DNA from: Prorocentrum cordatum | Lineage: Eukaryota | DNA length: 64,000 nucleotides | Direction: 5' to 3' | Assembly: GCA_963575745.1 (NCBI GenBank) | Contig: CAUYUJ010000325.1 | Location: 1 to 64,000 of the forward strand | In this document: positions 46,740 through 60,672 of the stretch, piece after piece | Layout: the number at the start of each line of letters is the position of its first letter | Numbering within the stretch: the stretch's first letter is position 1 | Program-made: the position numbers and the translations under genes | The notes under the pieces: model-generated | What the model saw: only the letters and a program-made list of their open reading frames with translations | Database searches by the model: none | What the model was told of the DNA's origin: nothing

Positions 46740-47395
46740 CGTCCACGATGGCCCAAGATGGCTCGAAGAGGGCCTCACAGAGCCCAAGCTGGCCTCCAAG
46801 ATCGCTCAAGTTAGCCCCAACATGGATCAAGATAGCTAACGACATGCCTCCAAGAAGCCCCAAGAGGGCCACAAGACGGTTCCAGGTGCTTTGGGCGACC
46901 CCTCACGACCTCCCCGAGAAGCCACAATCTTTCAAACACCTGAGGGAAATCAATGATGTTTGCAATCTGGCCTTCTCGCTTCCGATGCGTTTTTGAGGAG
47001 TCAAGGTGGCCCAAAGATGGCCAGATCGCCCAAGAGCGCATCAAGAGAGGCCCAAGAGCGTCCCAAGAGGCTATTCTGATGGCCCCAGAAGGGGGAACTA
47101 AAAGAGAGCAGCACCCCCCCGCCTCTTTTCACCGACACGCTCCACGACGGCCCCAATAGGCCCTCCAGGGCTCTCAAGAGGCCCCCAAGCAAGCCACAAA
47201 AGAGCTGTAAGAGGGCCCCATGAGGGCCCAAAGGCGCCCCCAAAACGCCCCAAGAGGACCCGAAGACCCCACAAAGAGCCCAAAGAGGGCCCCAACATGC
47301 CTCCACGGAGCTCCAAGAGGAGCCCACGATCCCCCAATGCAGCACCGTAGCTCCAAGCAGACCTCCAATGCTCCAAGATAGCCTCCAAGACTTGA
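46740..47395 (+). repeat. CCAAGA-rich low-complexity body resembling the interior of element C
   Basis: Repeated CCCAAGAGG/CCAAGAT words; no element C termini found. Confidence 0.6.
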
Positions 47396-50300
47396 ACCAC
47401 ACCCTCCTTCCTCTCCTCTCCGTACATGCTCTGTTTCACTATATGTGTATCTTCTCTCCATTTCCAGACACCTCTCATGGGCAAAACTCCTGAATGGGCT
47501 GGTGGGGGATTGGCGAAACGTAACAATTTCTCCATGGGCTGGTGGGGATACGCGATCCGTGAGGAATCAACGATGTATCCGGGCAATTTGATATCAAGCA
47601 ACGCTTCCTAAGGCTCCCCCCGCTGCGTCACCAAATCCTCTTATGTTGCCATTCAATATCCACGTGCAGGTTGGGGACCATTAGCCCATTCCCTTTTCGA
47701 GAGAAGAGGCACAGTCTGGGTGTGGGAGCGTCCGATCGGTAAGCGCCATCGCGGCCGCGTCGGCTGTGCCAAACCAGGCGGCCGCCGTGCGCGCAAGCTG
47801 CGGGCGCATGCGCAGCTGATCATATGTGCCCGCCAGCGCCAAGGGAGTCACCGCAATCGCGGCCGCATGGGTTACGCCAAACAAATTGCAGGTGGGAGGG
47901 TGGGGCGAATGCGCGAGCGCTGGAGTTGACCATTTCATCCTCTGCAAGGTGGATTGCACCACATCGGCCAACGTTTTGGGAACGAGTAGGCAAGCTCTTG
48001 CGGGACAAGCCACCATCTCCAACAAGTTGCCGCGATGTTCCCTGACAGGCAGCCGTGGAAAGGAAGCTGGCCTCGCCCAGCCTGCCTGCTTCTTCCCTGG
48101 ATCTTCAACTCTCTTCAGAAAAGAAGCTGCCTCGGAAACCTCGCGAGTCTGGGAAGCGCTGCGTGGGAGCTGCGCGCGAGGTAGGAAGTGCTGCCTGGGA
48201 GCTTGTCAAACGCTCGCAGCGCACCTAATGGGAACGGCGAGGAAAACGACCGCGGAACACGCGGGGAGGCCCCGCGATTTTGATGTTAGCTGGCATTCGA
48301 AGAAACGGGAGAGAGAAAGAGAGAGAGAGAGAGAGAGGAACAAAAAAACATAAAAAAAGTGAGAGAGGTGAGAGAGGGACAGAGAAAAAGAGAGACATAA
48401 AGAAAGAGAGAGAGAGAGAGAGGCTCACTCGTCCACTAATTTGATCCTCCCTATCCTCCTCCTTATCTTGCTCCTCCGCCTCCTCCTCCTCTTCCTTCCC
48501 CATTCGTCCTCCTCCCTCTCATCCTCCGCATTCTCCTCCCCATTCAATGGTGACTGATAGGGTCTGGCGCGTAGGAGTGTCGGAACTCTGGGAGGCCCCT
48601 GAACAACAAAAACACCAATAAACACAATCCAGGCCCCCTCCCCCAAGGACCAGAATGGTTTGTCCTGGCGGACAGCCTTAGCGCCCTGGCCACAGTCGGA
48701 GAGGTCCGGCACGACAACGACGGCCCTGGTCATGCCGACGACGATGGCGACGGCGGACGACGACGCCGACGCCGTCGACGACGACGACGGCGGACGACGA
48801 CGACGACGACGACGGCGACGAACATGGCGATGCCGGCGTCGTCGCCGTGGGCGAGTCGGTCTGTCGAGCGGGCGGGACACGACGTTACCCTCGTCGTCGT
48901 CCTCGTCGTTCTCGTCGTCCTCGTCGTCGTCGCGCTGCGGCGGTGGCGGCGGCAGGCGCCTGCGGCCTCACGTAGTTATCTAATAAGGGTGGAGCGTGTG
49001 TCCGCTGCCGCTGCCTCGGCGGCGGGCGCGCGCCGAGGCCGCGGCCGCCGCCGCGACCGCCGCCGCGGCCAGCCGCGCGGCCGCTGCCGCTCCAGGACCC
49101 CTTCGGGGCACTCGCCGCGGCCGACGTCGGGGCGAGAATGATGCCATGGTTGAGCAGGGGCCGACCGCCCCAGCATTCCGATAGGCCTACCACATTCTCT
49201 GAGAGCTGAAAAACGATCTACAAGTGAGAGCGAGGACAATGCTCTTAGAACATGAAGCCGACAGTTTCAAGCAGAACGATATCAGCCAGACTTGCTCTAA
49301 GAGCAGCTCTCGCAAATCATAACAACATGTTAGTCCTTTCTATGGTTAGCCAATGGGATCACCAGGAACCCTCATCACTGGTTGACATGCGGCGGCGAGC
49401 CCAAGGAGGATATCGTTACATCCGAATGGTGACGACCAGTGGTGTGGGGACTGGCCAGCTTCCCGCGGTGTTTTGTCTGCCAATTTCGCAGCAGCTTGGC
49501 GCAACTCCATTCCTGCCATGGGCACCTTGCTGGACAAGGCTGGAAGGAAGGGGCAGGTGGTGGAGCAGCAGGCAATCATGCTATGCTTGTGTGCACTGTG
49601 GCATCATAGTTTGGCGTAGCGGCGAGGGCTGCAGCAAGTCCACAGACGGAGGCCCCGAGTCTCATGAAGCCGAGACTCGAACACGCGTGTCCTGATCTGC
49701 GTCCTGCTTCACTCTTTTGCTTCCGGTTGAATGAAACGCCGCGCGTCCCCGGGGATTCACAGAAGACCCTCGCACCCCCTGAGAGGCCTTGCGGGCCCTC
49801 TCCGAAGCCACAGTCGGATGCTCAGACAGAGCGGGGGCTTCTGAAAAGCCGCGCCGCCTTCTGAGAAGGCACTGCCCCCCTCTCATGTCCTCCCCTGCGC
49901 TCGCCGCCGAGTGATGCGATTGGCTCTGGATGTGTTCTGGGAGTTGCGGGCTTCGAGCTGTAGAGTCGCATGGCTGCGACCCGGCAAGCGCCAAGCTGGT
50001 TTTCCAATTCTACACCGTGGCCCCCGCGGGCTGGGCCCACGGTAAGCGAGCCCCACCCCACCCCGATTTCACAACCACGACAACTTTGGAACCGCTGAGG
50101 GTAGCGGTCTCTAGAAATACCGAGGGCCGCCAGAACTTTCAGCGGCCCTCGGCCACCCGTGCTCGGCCATTTCTCGGGCCGCGCAGGGGAGCGGGAAACC
50201 CAGAAAATCATGGAACGCATCAGTTGCCATGACAGAATGAGTGCGCGCCCCGCCCCTGGGAACCGCCCGCAGCTCAGAGGGGATCAAAGGGTAGGATAGC

Positions 50301-50954
50301 AAAGTGTAGGATAGCATAGGGTAGTGTAGATAATCAACTCACGTCGCTGGTTTTACTGGCGCTTCCTGGTGCCGGGAGGCCCCCAATGTATCGAGGAATG
50401 GGCCCGGCGACGGGGCCGAAACCATCTGCATGCGTCAGATGTCGTACCCTTGCGTCCGGCCCGAACAGCCGTGGGCGCGGGCGCTGGCGGGGGGCGCCGG
50501 CTCGCCAGCCGCACAGAAGAAGGCAACCCACGGCAACCCGCAAGGGGAGGAGGCGCCCTCAAACTCGCCGTGCCGCGCATACGTAGAAATATCCGGAGGC
50601 GCAGCTGCCGGGTCGAACGACAGGGGGCGGGGGGGGATGGTGATGGGGGGGCGGTGAGCGGATCCGTCTTCGTGGTGGGTTTTCCCCGCGCGTCCTTGCG
50701 CCGCAGGCGCCAACTGCATCAATGAGAGCACGCGGCGACGGGGCCGAGGCCAGCTGCATGCAGGCGGAGGCGTTCGCCCCCAGGCCTCCCTAACCACGCA
50801 CTTTGTACCGAGAGAGCACATGGCGGGCACGCGGAGAGACAGACGGGAAGTGAGACCGCTACGCGTTCGCACAGGAAGTACCCGCATCCTTCGCCCCCCT
50901 GGACGGGAACGCGTGGGCACGGCGTGCCCCATCTCCTCCCTTTTCTCTGTCATG

Positions 50955-51415
50955 TTACTCTTCACCCTCATCATCCTCCTCGTCCTCACCATCATGCTCA
51001 TCTTCACCCTCGCTCATCACTAACACTGCTTGGTTGAGCATACTCAGCATGCCCAGCATCATCAAGATCATCACCACCGACGGCATCATCAACACCATCA
51101 CCACCATCACCACCACCATGATCAACATAATCAGCAACATCGTCGCCAGCGACATAATCATGATCAACACCGCCGTCAGCATCACCATCACAATCATCAT
51201 CAGCACCATGGTGATCACCATCATGATCACATTCATCAGTATCGTCGCCATCGGTTTCATCACCATTACCACCCTTATCTCCAGTTTAGCCAGCATCATC
51301 CTCATCAACAACATCATCCGTACCATCATCCGCACCAACATCATCACCAACATCGTCGTCAGTATAATCGTTTTCAGATTCATCACCGTCGTTACACCAT
51401 CACCAGTATCAGCAG

Positions 51416-51450
<35 letters not shown>

Positions 51451-51470
51451 GCATCATCATCATCATCACC
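50955..51470. repeat. Degenerate (CAT)n microsatellite
   Basis: Directly visible. Confidence 0.95.
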
Positions 51471-52600
51471 GTCCTGGCACCAAACGCAAAGGCGTGCCCG
51501 ATTTGCTCGCGAGATTTTGCTTCGCACCGCCATCTGCTCGACCGCGTGCAGTATCGTGCGAAGCACTGCCGTGCGGCTTTGCTCCAGACATCATGCGTCT
51601 GCTAAGGCTGCTGACGAAGCGACGGCTGTGTGAAGTAGCGCACGCATGCATAACTGGAACCATTGTAAGCTTCATGGCGCTGTCTATAGCCCGCTGCGCA
51701 TGTATGTCTCACCACCGCCCGTAGCAACTGCGGGTCAAGATGGTGCGGCTGCGGGCAAGGATGCGGTCCTCAGGGCTGGCCCTCGCCGGCGCGCCACTGC
51801 TTGGGTCAGGAAACAACTGCGCTCGTCCAGAGCGGCCCAGAAGAACCGCAGTTCTTTCATATCCAATCGTCCATCGGACCAGCGGAGCCAGCATCCGGGG
51901 GCCCAGGCGCGCGCGCGGGCTGGAGCGATGGGCGGAGTGGCAGGGCGAGGCGGCAAGGGGCAGCAGCCTACGAGCGGCGCGGCAAACAGCAATCGCAAGT
52001 GGGACTGCCCGAAGTGCGGAGCCAAGAAAAGTCTGGCATCCCGAAGCACGCGCAATTAGCGCGGATATGACTGGCGGCAGGGGTCTCACGATTCGGATGG
52101 CCGGTGGGGAGGAATGTTGGCCCTGGATGAAGGAGAACGGCACGAACCCAATCAGCAACCACGGCGCGCCAAGAAGCTCGAACCCGCCGAGGGCAAGGGT
52201 AAGGGTACCACATATCTGGACTACAGGGGCAGCGACCTGGGCGCCGCCAGCGGCAAACAGGAGCAGGTCACGCAGCCGGGCAAGTTGAAGTCGGAGATCA
52301 AGAAGCTGGAAGTGGCGTCTGGCGCAGAAAGCACACTCGAGGCCAAGCAGAGGCGCGCGCCCTGCAGGCTCAGATCGCCCAGGACCGCCCAATAGCAGCA
52401 CAGCTCGGACATGTCGAACGGCGACAACGGACTCAGCGTTCCACCACCGAGGCACTTGCGAAGCACCTCGGACTCATCGCCACAGAGCTCACGAAGCTCG
52501 AGCAGCAACGGACGGAAGCGCAATCCAAACATGACGCGTCGCACGCCGCTGACTCGGAGATCGCACAGTTGCTCGACGGACGTCTCGCAGCGCGCGCTCA

Positions 52601-52651
<51 letters not shown>

Positions 52652-55499
52652 CAGACGACGACGCGCCGTCGAAGGCCCCGCAGCCGCTGCCCGCCCAGCG
52701 GCCGCAGCAGCCGCTGCGTCGGGGGCAGCAGCGGGCGGGCCCGATGCAGCGCCTAAAGAGCGAGCCCCTGGGCTCCGCGAGTCGGGGGTGGAGCAGGTCG
52801 CCCCCGCGCGCGCTGCAGCAGGCAAGAGTTCGCCAGCCCCGCGACGCAGGCGACGATGGCGGCTCCGAGGCCCACTTTGACGAAACGCGTCGGGGGCCTC
52901 GGTCGACCCCGCCGCGGGCGAAGGCGAACTCCGAGAGATGGCAGGCGCAGAGGGGGGCGAACAAGCAGCACGCCGCGCGGCCACGGGCGCTGGCGCCAGC
53001 GACGCCACTGCTCGCCACCGCGACGAGCAGCGAACACTTCTGGAAGGGCTGCGCGGCGTTGCGCGCGTCGAGCGGAGGGGGGGGGGGGTGCGCTCCTAAG
53101 ACGTTCGCGGCGGGCACCCTGGCCTCGGGCACCCCCTCCTCCCTCGCCTCGGGCGCCCTGGCCTCCGACGCCGCGCATAAACGCGCTGCCAGTGGCGGCG
53201 CAGGCGCGGGGGCGCCACCCCTCAGGCAGTCGAGCTACCTTGGCACGCGCCAGCAGCCTTGTTCCTGGCGGCATCGTCACCGGCTCAGTCTGCCTGGGCA
53301 ACGACGACATAGGCCCACCAGCAAGAGCGCGCCCCAGGACTCCGGCAAGATGTTGAGATACGCGGGCAAGCCCTGGACTCAAGGTGGCGCCTGATATGCG
53401 GACTCCAACACCTGCCTCATGGTCGCCGATGGCTAGCTCGAGGAAGTCAACGTCGCGCTGGTCGACGCGGGCGACGGGCCGCGGACAAGGGCGCCTCCGA
53501 GCTGGACCGGTTCCTAGTCGACACTACGCTGGCACACCGAGTGAAACAATGCGAGATCATCGACGTGACCAAGCAGGGCCTGGCCAATCCGCGCAGGCCG
53601 CGCACGGCCGTCCAACTGGCGACCAACGGCGGCGGTCCAGAGCCAAAGTCACGCCGCCTAAACGGGCACCCGGCCTGCCCTATAGAGCCGCCCTTGGGCC
53701 CGCTCATGGATGCGAGGTGGGGCTACGCGGCCCTGCCCAGGGCCATCGGCGACGCGTCCGATCACGGTGAGCTCGACGGGGCCTTCGCCGGGCTCTGCAG
53801 CTCCAAGGAGACGGAGCTCATTCGCGCCTACCAGATTCCGCCCGACGAAGAGGAGCGGCTACGCGGGCGCGGCAGGGCCCCGCAACTTGCATGGCCCTCA
53901 GCCGCTAGGCCTCACTGAGCCCACGATAGGCCCTACAGCGAGCACGACAGGCAAGCACCTCATGGCGGCGGGCGATTTCTGCAAGCAGATGCGCTCGCAC
54001 TACGGGGCACTGGACTGCATCGACAGGGACGTGGGCCCCGAGCGCAGCGAGCAGGAACGCATGGAGAAGCGCGCGCTCGCGCGTCCCATGGAGACGCCCA
54101 GGCGGAGGGCCAGGCCTTGGGTCGGCAACCCTTCAAAAACGCAGGCGGAGGAGGACCGCCAGGAGAGCCTCGACAAGTGCGCCCCCTACACGGACCCAAC
54201 CTTCGTCGCCGCAGGCGTGGCCTCTAAGTGCGACCAGCGCACGCGGCTGGCCCGGGAGGCCCGCGGAGGCCGTTGGGGGCGAGGCTTTTCAGGCCGCGCC
54301 GAGCTCGCGAAGATCTCCAGGAAGCTGCGCGGCCTGGGCGCGGAGGATTGGGGGGCGGAGGTGCACCGCGCGATGGGCGACTACCTGGAGAGCAGGCCGC
54401 GGCTCGTCGACCGCCACGGCCCCCCGCCAGATCCTCCTGCTGATGGCGCTGGAGGTCAAGCAAGCCAATTGTTCGCACAGCCTACTCTGTTTCAGCTGGT
54501 GGATGTTAGCCAGCTCCAGCACGACGATGAAGCGTTGGCAACATCTCAGCAGGCATGCGCCGACGGGGTGGCAGTCTGGCCAGACCGCCTACCCAATGCG
54601 GGTGCTGAAGGGCCCAGCTACGCAGCGCGGCCAGCGGTGGCTTGGCCTGACCGCCCTCCCTGCTAGGGAGCTGAAGGGCTCGACGCAGCGCCGCGCCCGC
54701 GCCCCGCGAAAAATGCGTCGGCCACGGCCCCCTCGCGGCGCTCGATGGTGGGCCCAGCCGCAGCGCCCGGGCGCCGCGCTGGCCGGGCGGGGGCCACGCG
54801 GCGCTGGGCGCGCGGCTGTATCCACGGGGTAAAGATCGAGGGCCGAGGACGAGAACATGCACAAGCAGGACTGGCTCGACGTCTGCGCGCCCGTCGTCTT
54901 TCACCGACCTGGACGCATGGGGCCAAGCGCGCGAGGAGCATCACGCATGCACGCGACTGCGCAGACACGTCGCAGCGCGCAGTGCCACCCAGCGAAAAGG
55001 AAGAGCAGGCGCTCGCGAGGCACCTGGGCTGCGCGCCAGCGCGAGACCCCCCAAGGCCGCCGCGGCATCAGCCAAGCTGCCATGCCAGCCGCGGGGGGCC
55101 AGAGTCGCGCCAGCGAGCCCCCCATGCACGCGCCCCTGGAGGGCTGGGCAAAGGAGGCGAGGCGCGCGCCGCCGCCGCCGCAGACGCGCCGGCCTACGCC
55201 GCGGGCGGGAGCGATGGCTTTCAGGGCTGGATCTCGAAGTCATGCGACGAAGGGGGAGGAGGAGGAGGAAAGTCGCGCGCGCTCGCCGCCGAGGCCCGGG
55301 GCTGGACCCCCGACGACCGCGCGGGAGGCACTCCAGCCAGCGGGCAGCACAGGGCGTCAGCCATCGCCGACTTCTGGCCCAAGGGCGACCGGCGAGTTCG
55401 GCATGGCGGAACGCGATTCCGAGCCGACAACAGTGCCCACAATGGCGCCGCCCTCCCGCGCCCGTCGGCAGACAAACTCCGCGGCGCAGCCCGCGCATC

Positions 55500-56400
55500 C
55501 AGCAGGCGCACTGGCGCAGGCAGTGTCCGCGCCAACGCGCGGCTCGCCGCGCTGCTCAGCGACGAGCTCCTGGTCCAGCACCGACTTCGGCATCCGCGGC
55601 GAGGGGCCCAGCGGCTGGCCAGACGTGCTGACGGACTCGCCGCTGGCCATGCTGCCCCGGCCGCAAGGGGCCTTCGCCCCGTCGGGCTCCTCGCGCGGCC
55701 GCCGCGCCTCTGAGGTCGGGCTCGGCAGGCAGACGCCCGCAGGCGGGGCGCCGACCTGGGCGGGGGCCCAGCCGTTTTTCTTTCAGGTTTCTTCTATTTT
55801 CTAGATGTCCTCAAATGTTGCGCGTTTCTTCCTCTCGTTGCGTTTAGTTGCCCTTGTCTTAGCGCGCCCGAAGGCGCGCCCCCGAGGAAGCGGCGCGGTG
55901 GCAGGCGCTGCGAACTGAGGCCGGCGCCAGCAAAGGGCTGGCAGCAGCAGCTGTCCTCATCGACCTCTGGACGGCCGACGAGCTCGTCGACCTGGCCATC
56001 GCCCAGAAGAGGGCGGCGCTGGCCAAGTGCCCCAGCGGGCTCCTCATGATTGCCCTCAGCATCTACGCAGGCGGACGCCGCGTCGCGTCGGACGGGAGCG
56101 CCTCGGCAAGGTTGTACCTCGACGCGGGGCTGATCGCAGGGCGCGGCCACGCAGGCCGCCTACTCGAACACGGCCTTCCTCTGATCGCCGACGCGCACGC
56201 GCGCGCGGCGAGTGATCGAGCCCAGGGCACCGCTCGCCATCGCGCTCGACGACTGCAGCCTCGCGCGCCACGGCCCAATGGCGCAGGTCGCAGCATGCTT
56301 GGCTGGGGTCGCGAGGATGGCGCCGCGCGGACCGGGGGAGCTCGGCTGCAAAATGTCCCAGGACAAGAGCGAGCTCTTCGCCAGCTCGCCCCCAGCGACG
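55500..56400 (+). pseudogene. Reverse transcriptase remnant
   Basis: MLPRPQG..P.G, AVLIDLW...ELV, LSIYAGGRRV, GLIAGRGHA and IALDD (YxDD-equivalent) in the expected order. Confidence 0.75.
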
Positions 56401-57539
56401 GCTTTGGCGGCGAAGCTTCGGGGCGGGGGCCTCCCCTGCGACGGACGGCGCGAGGAATCTGGGGGCGGGCTGCTGCCTCGACGGGCAGGCGTGCAACAGC
56501 GCAGCAGGCCAACACAAGAAGGCTAGCGCTTCGAAGTTTAGGGGCAAGGGCGGCAGGCAGGCAGGCTCGCCGACGCAGGCCAGAGGCCCATGACACTCCA
56601 CGGCGTCAGCGCGATCACCTGGCCAACGCCCGCACTGCAGCGCTGACGAAGCCGCGCCTGCGCAGCTCGCCGCGGGCGTGCATGGGGGGCGCAGAATGAG
56701 CCTCAGCCGCCCCATCGGCCGCTCCAGGGCCAGCGACCCCATGCTGGGCCACGTGGCGCTGCCCGTCGTCGCGCGAGCCCAGGTGCCCCAGTGCGTCCGA
56801 GGCGCCATTGACGGGGGGGCTCTCGGCAGCAGCTTCAGCAACGCCCGCGCGGGGCCTGCATCTGCTCCGGCCCCCGCGCACCACCGCTCGGGCTGGGCGG
56901 CGCGGGCGCGAGGCCAGGCCCTCCAAGGCCTGGGCATGAGCGTCGATCTGAACACGATGGGAGCCTCGGCGCTCACTAAGATGGCCTCAGCGTCCGCCCC
57001 ACGAGCGCCTCCTGCGAAGGGGCGCGAGTCGACGCCCATGCCTGGGGCACCTCGGTTCAGGAAGGGCACTGGCGCTGATCGGCATCGAGAAGGCGACGCG
57101 CCGCAAAGGGGCCTCCGAAGGTCAGCTCCGCGACCAACTTCCTCAACGCCCCTCGGGCTGACTGTGGCCAGTGTCGCGGCGCGCCCTGCCGTACAGGCCG
57201 CTCGCTGCGTCGCCCGCGCGCCCCAGGTGACGCGGCGGCCGCGGCGACGCGAGCCGCCCAGCACGGCGGCGCAGACGAAAGGAAGCCGTCCGGCGACATT
57301 CCCGCAAGCACGATCGTCGCCATGGGCGAGGGCAACGCTGCGGAGGGCGCCCTTTGGTCTCGTAGACTGGCCCCTGACAATATTGCCCGCGCGCCGCTCC
57401 ACCAGCCACCGAACGCAGCGCGCGCCGCGCCGGCGCATCTGGCGCGGTCGGACAGCCGCTCGCCGGCGACGTCTGCGCGGATGGCAGCGTCGAGGAGCCC
57501 AAAGCATGCGCGGCACGCGCTGGCTGGAGTGCCGTCGCG

Positions 57540-57930
57540 ATGGCAAGAAGCGGAGAACTCGTGGCGCAGTTCGACCCAGTTCCCCGGCCGTGCCCTCAGG
57601 AGTCAGGGGCGGCCGAGATCTTGGCGTGCATCGAGGCGCTCCAAGCGCGCCTGCTGCCAGTGCGCATGTTCACCGATTGCGAGATGCTTGTAGATGGCTT
57701 CCGCGCAGGGCGGCAATGGCGCCTGCAATTGCGTCGGCAGCGCCGCGAGCTGCGCGCGCGCCCCTGGCGCGCGATGGACGACGCCTGCGAGAGCGAGGTG
57801 CAGATCCTCAAGGTCAAGGAGCACGCCACTGAGGGCGACACCCAGGCAGAGCGCATCGAGTGGTGGCAGATGGCAGGCAAGCGCGCTGCCGACCGCAGGG
57901 CGCAGCACGGCGTCGCCATGCTCTCACAGG
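57540..57930 (+). pseudogene. RNase H domain remnant
   Basis: QESGAAEILA, MFTDCEMLV, LKVKEH and AGKRAADRRA match RNase HI motifs. Confidence 0.85.
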
Positions 57931-58739
57931 ACGGGACCAGAGGCGCCGCAGCATGTAGCAGGACCGCCTCGTGAAGAATACCGCCTGCTGGATCGGTCGC
58001 GCCATGCAGGGAGGCAACCAGGAGCTGACGGCCGAGAACGGTGAAGGTGGCGCAAGCCTCGAATCGGCGCGCTGATCGGCGCGTAACTGCAAGCTGCGCC
58101 ATCGAGCGTCTTGCTTTCGTAGCGGATGTCATCGACCCGTCTGTGGAAGGCATGGCACGTGGATCGATTTGCAAGGGGAGCTGGCCTGGTCGTGCATCAG
58201 CTGCGCGGGCTATGGGCGCCAAGTCGCAGGCCCTCCGCCAGCAGCAGGAGGCAGCGGCGGCCCTTCCCTGTCAGCAGCAGCGGCACCCCTTGCAGCAGGA
58301 GCCGCACTCATTTCCAGCCGAGCCGAAGGGGGACACTCCAGCGCGAACGTCAGAGAGACGAGTGAGCAGGCGGCAGCACGGCAGCGTCGAGCTCAAGCAG
58401 CAGCGGACAGAGCGCGCAGCAGCGGCTGAAATCCAACCTCCGCAGCCGCCCGTTCCGCCGCCGCTCCCGCTGTGGTGGACGCTGGGGGTCCACCGGCACA
58501 CATCGTCTGTGGCGGGCGGGCAACCGCTTGTTTTGCGTGGTCCGCGAGGCATGAACACAGAGCGTGCGCCTGGAAGGCCTCAGTAAACCCTGCCCGGAGG
58601 GACCCAGCGCGAGACAGGCAGCAGTTCCCTCACGTCAGCAAAGAAGCCTGGCCCCGGCTGGCTCGGGCAGCACAGGCACCCCGCAGCCGCTCGTCCGCTT
58701 TAGGAACCCACGGCGCAGGCCTGGGGGCCACGGTCCGCC

Positions 58740-59700
58740 TCTGTCTGCTCGCGACACCCCTTTACAAGGTCAGCCTGCGCGATAGCGGAGGGAGAACCGT
58801 TAGAGTAGCGCGTACACCCTTCGTTATATCTCCAAGGGGGGGTGATGCAACCTCGGCCAGTCCTTTGGTGCACAGCCAACCTCGGCCGCCCTCCGCCGCT
58901 AAGACCGATCCACTGCGAGCAATCAGGGCGCTGCTAATGGAAGCCCGAATGGGGAGTGGTTCGTGCATTCCGCGTTCTGTCTCCAGGGTCTTGAAGAAGG
59001 GTGCATAAACCGTCGAAAAGGCCAGGAACCTGAAGGTGGTGCATGCTTCGAAGCCCGCTAAAGTAGTTGCCAGGCGCCCGTCGGTGCAACTGGTAGGCAA
59101 GTCGGATCAGGCGCAATCTCTCTGCCGCTGTTCTGCCCGCGACCCTCTTACAGGGTCAGCGCGCACGATGGTGGAGGGGACCCGATGGAATAGCCGTTCC
59201 ACGGATCTGTCTCCAAAGGGGGATCGGGGTGCACCGACCGTCTGTGAGGCTAGAAGCCTGGAAAATGGTGCACGCCAATCCGCCATCTGCGCCCGCCGCT
59301 TGCGGCTGTTCGCCATCGCCGCTTGAGCCTCTGCCAGAAGGGCGGAGGCCGAACCAGAGGGATAGCTCGTACACCAGAGGCTCTGTCTCCATGGGGGGCT
59401 TGGGGTGCACAGAGCGTCTCAAGGCAAGGAGCCGAGAAGGTGGTGCATGCCAGATCGTCCGTCCAATGTAGCGTCGCCGCCATGCGACAAGCGCACCATG
59501 CGAATGCTGGCGCAGCTATCCTCCGCCTGCTAGCCCTGTGCTAAGCCGATAGGTGGAGGTGGAACCGATGGAGTAGCTCGTACCCTCCATGGTTTTGTCT
59601 TCGGGGGGGCGGGGGTGAACAGATCGTCGAGATGCCATGAGCCAGAAAATGGTGCACGCCTGGTTGCCCGTGTCTTCGCTGCGCTTGCGCTGCGTTGAGT
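58740..59700. repeat. Diverged ~390-bp tandem duplication (2-3 units)
   Basis: TTACA(A/G)GGTCAGC near 58762 and 59148; AAGGTGGTGCATGC near 59033 and 59437; GAAAATGGTGCACGCC near 59261 and 59645. Confidence 0.6.
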
Positions 59701-59856
59701 TCGATGCGCCATGCCGAACTCTCATGCTCTGGCATGCTGCGGCGGTTGGCTGCAGCTGGTATGTCCGAGATGCAGGCTTGCCGAGCGCTGTTGCTGACCA
59801 GATGTAGAGGATTGTCTCCAGCCTGTCTTTACTCAAGACTGTCTGTACTGCGACGG

Positions 59857-59857
<1 letters not shown>

Positions 59858-59911
<54 letters not shown>

Positions 59912-60018
59912 CCATAATCATCATCAGCATCATCATCAGCATCATCATCATCGTCATCAGCATCAGCATCAGCATCAGCATCAGCATCAGCATCAGCATC
60001 AGCATCATCATCATCATC

Positions 60019-60069
<51 letters not shown>

Positions 60070-60460
60070 TGTATCAGCATCATCATCAGCATGAGCATCG
60101 CCACCATTACCATCAGCATCATAATCACCATCATACGCCTCATAATTGGTACCACCACCACCATCATCCTCATCATCATCATCATCAGTATCGTCATCAA
60201 CATCAGCAGCATAATCAGCATACTCATCATCATCATCATCATCAAAATAAGCAGCATCACCACCATCAGCAGCTTCAACATCATCATCATCAGCGCCATC
60301 ATCATCAGCATCATCATCGTCGGGCCATCATCTTAATCATCATCGTCGCCAGCATCAGCAACACGAGCACCATCATCATCATCACCATCACCATCATCAC
60401 CATCATCATCATCAACATCATCGTCATCGCCATCGACACCGTCACCAGCACTGTCAACAC

Positions 60461-60509
<49 letters not shown>

Positions 60510-60620
60510 TTCATCATCATCATCAGCATAAGCATCATCAGCATCATCATCATCATCACCATCATCGTCATCATTGTTATCATCATCAATCGCATCATTA
60601 TCATCATCATCGTCATCCTT

Positions 60621-60672
<52 letters not shown>

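Larger units (their letters stand above)
51890..58560 (+). mobile_element. Decayed LINE (non-LTR retrotransposon) with RNase H
   Basis: In order: ORF1-like WDCPKCG (RanBP2-type finger remnant), AP-endonuclease remnants (GGIVTGSVCL, KPWTQGG, IIDV), RT remnants, CGQC knuckle remnant and RNase H. Many frameshifts; boundaries approximate. Confidence 0.8.

Noticed and set aside
47600..49620. Further LINE 3' fragments (CNLFG...HMISC on minus; Trp-rich frames at 49250-49620)
   Set aside because: Too degraded for a supportable call by eye.
52602..52650. Poly(A) tail marking a retroposon 3' end
   Set aside because: It lies inside the LINE ORF1 region with no TSD or separate upstream element evident.
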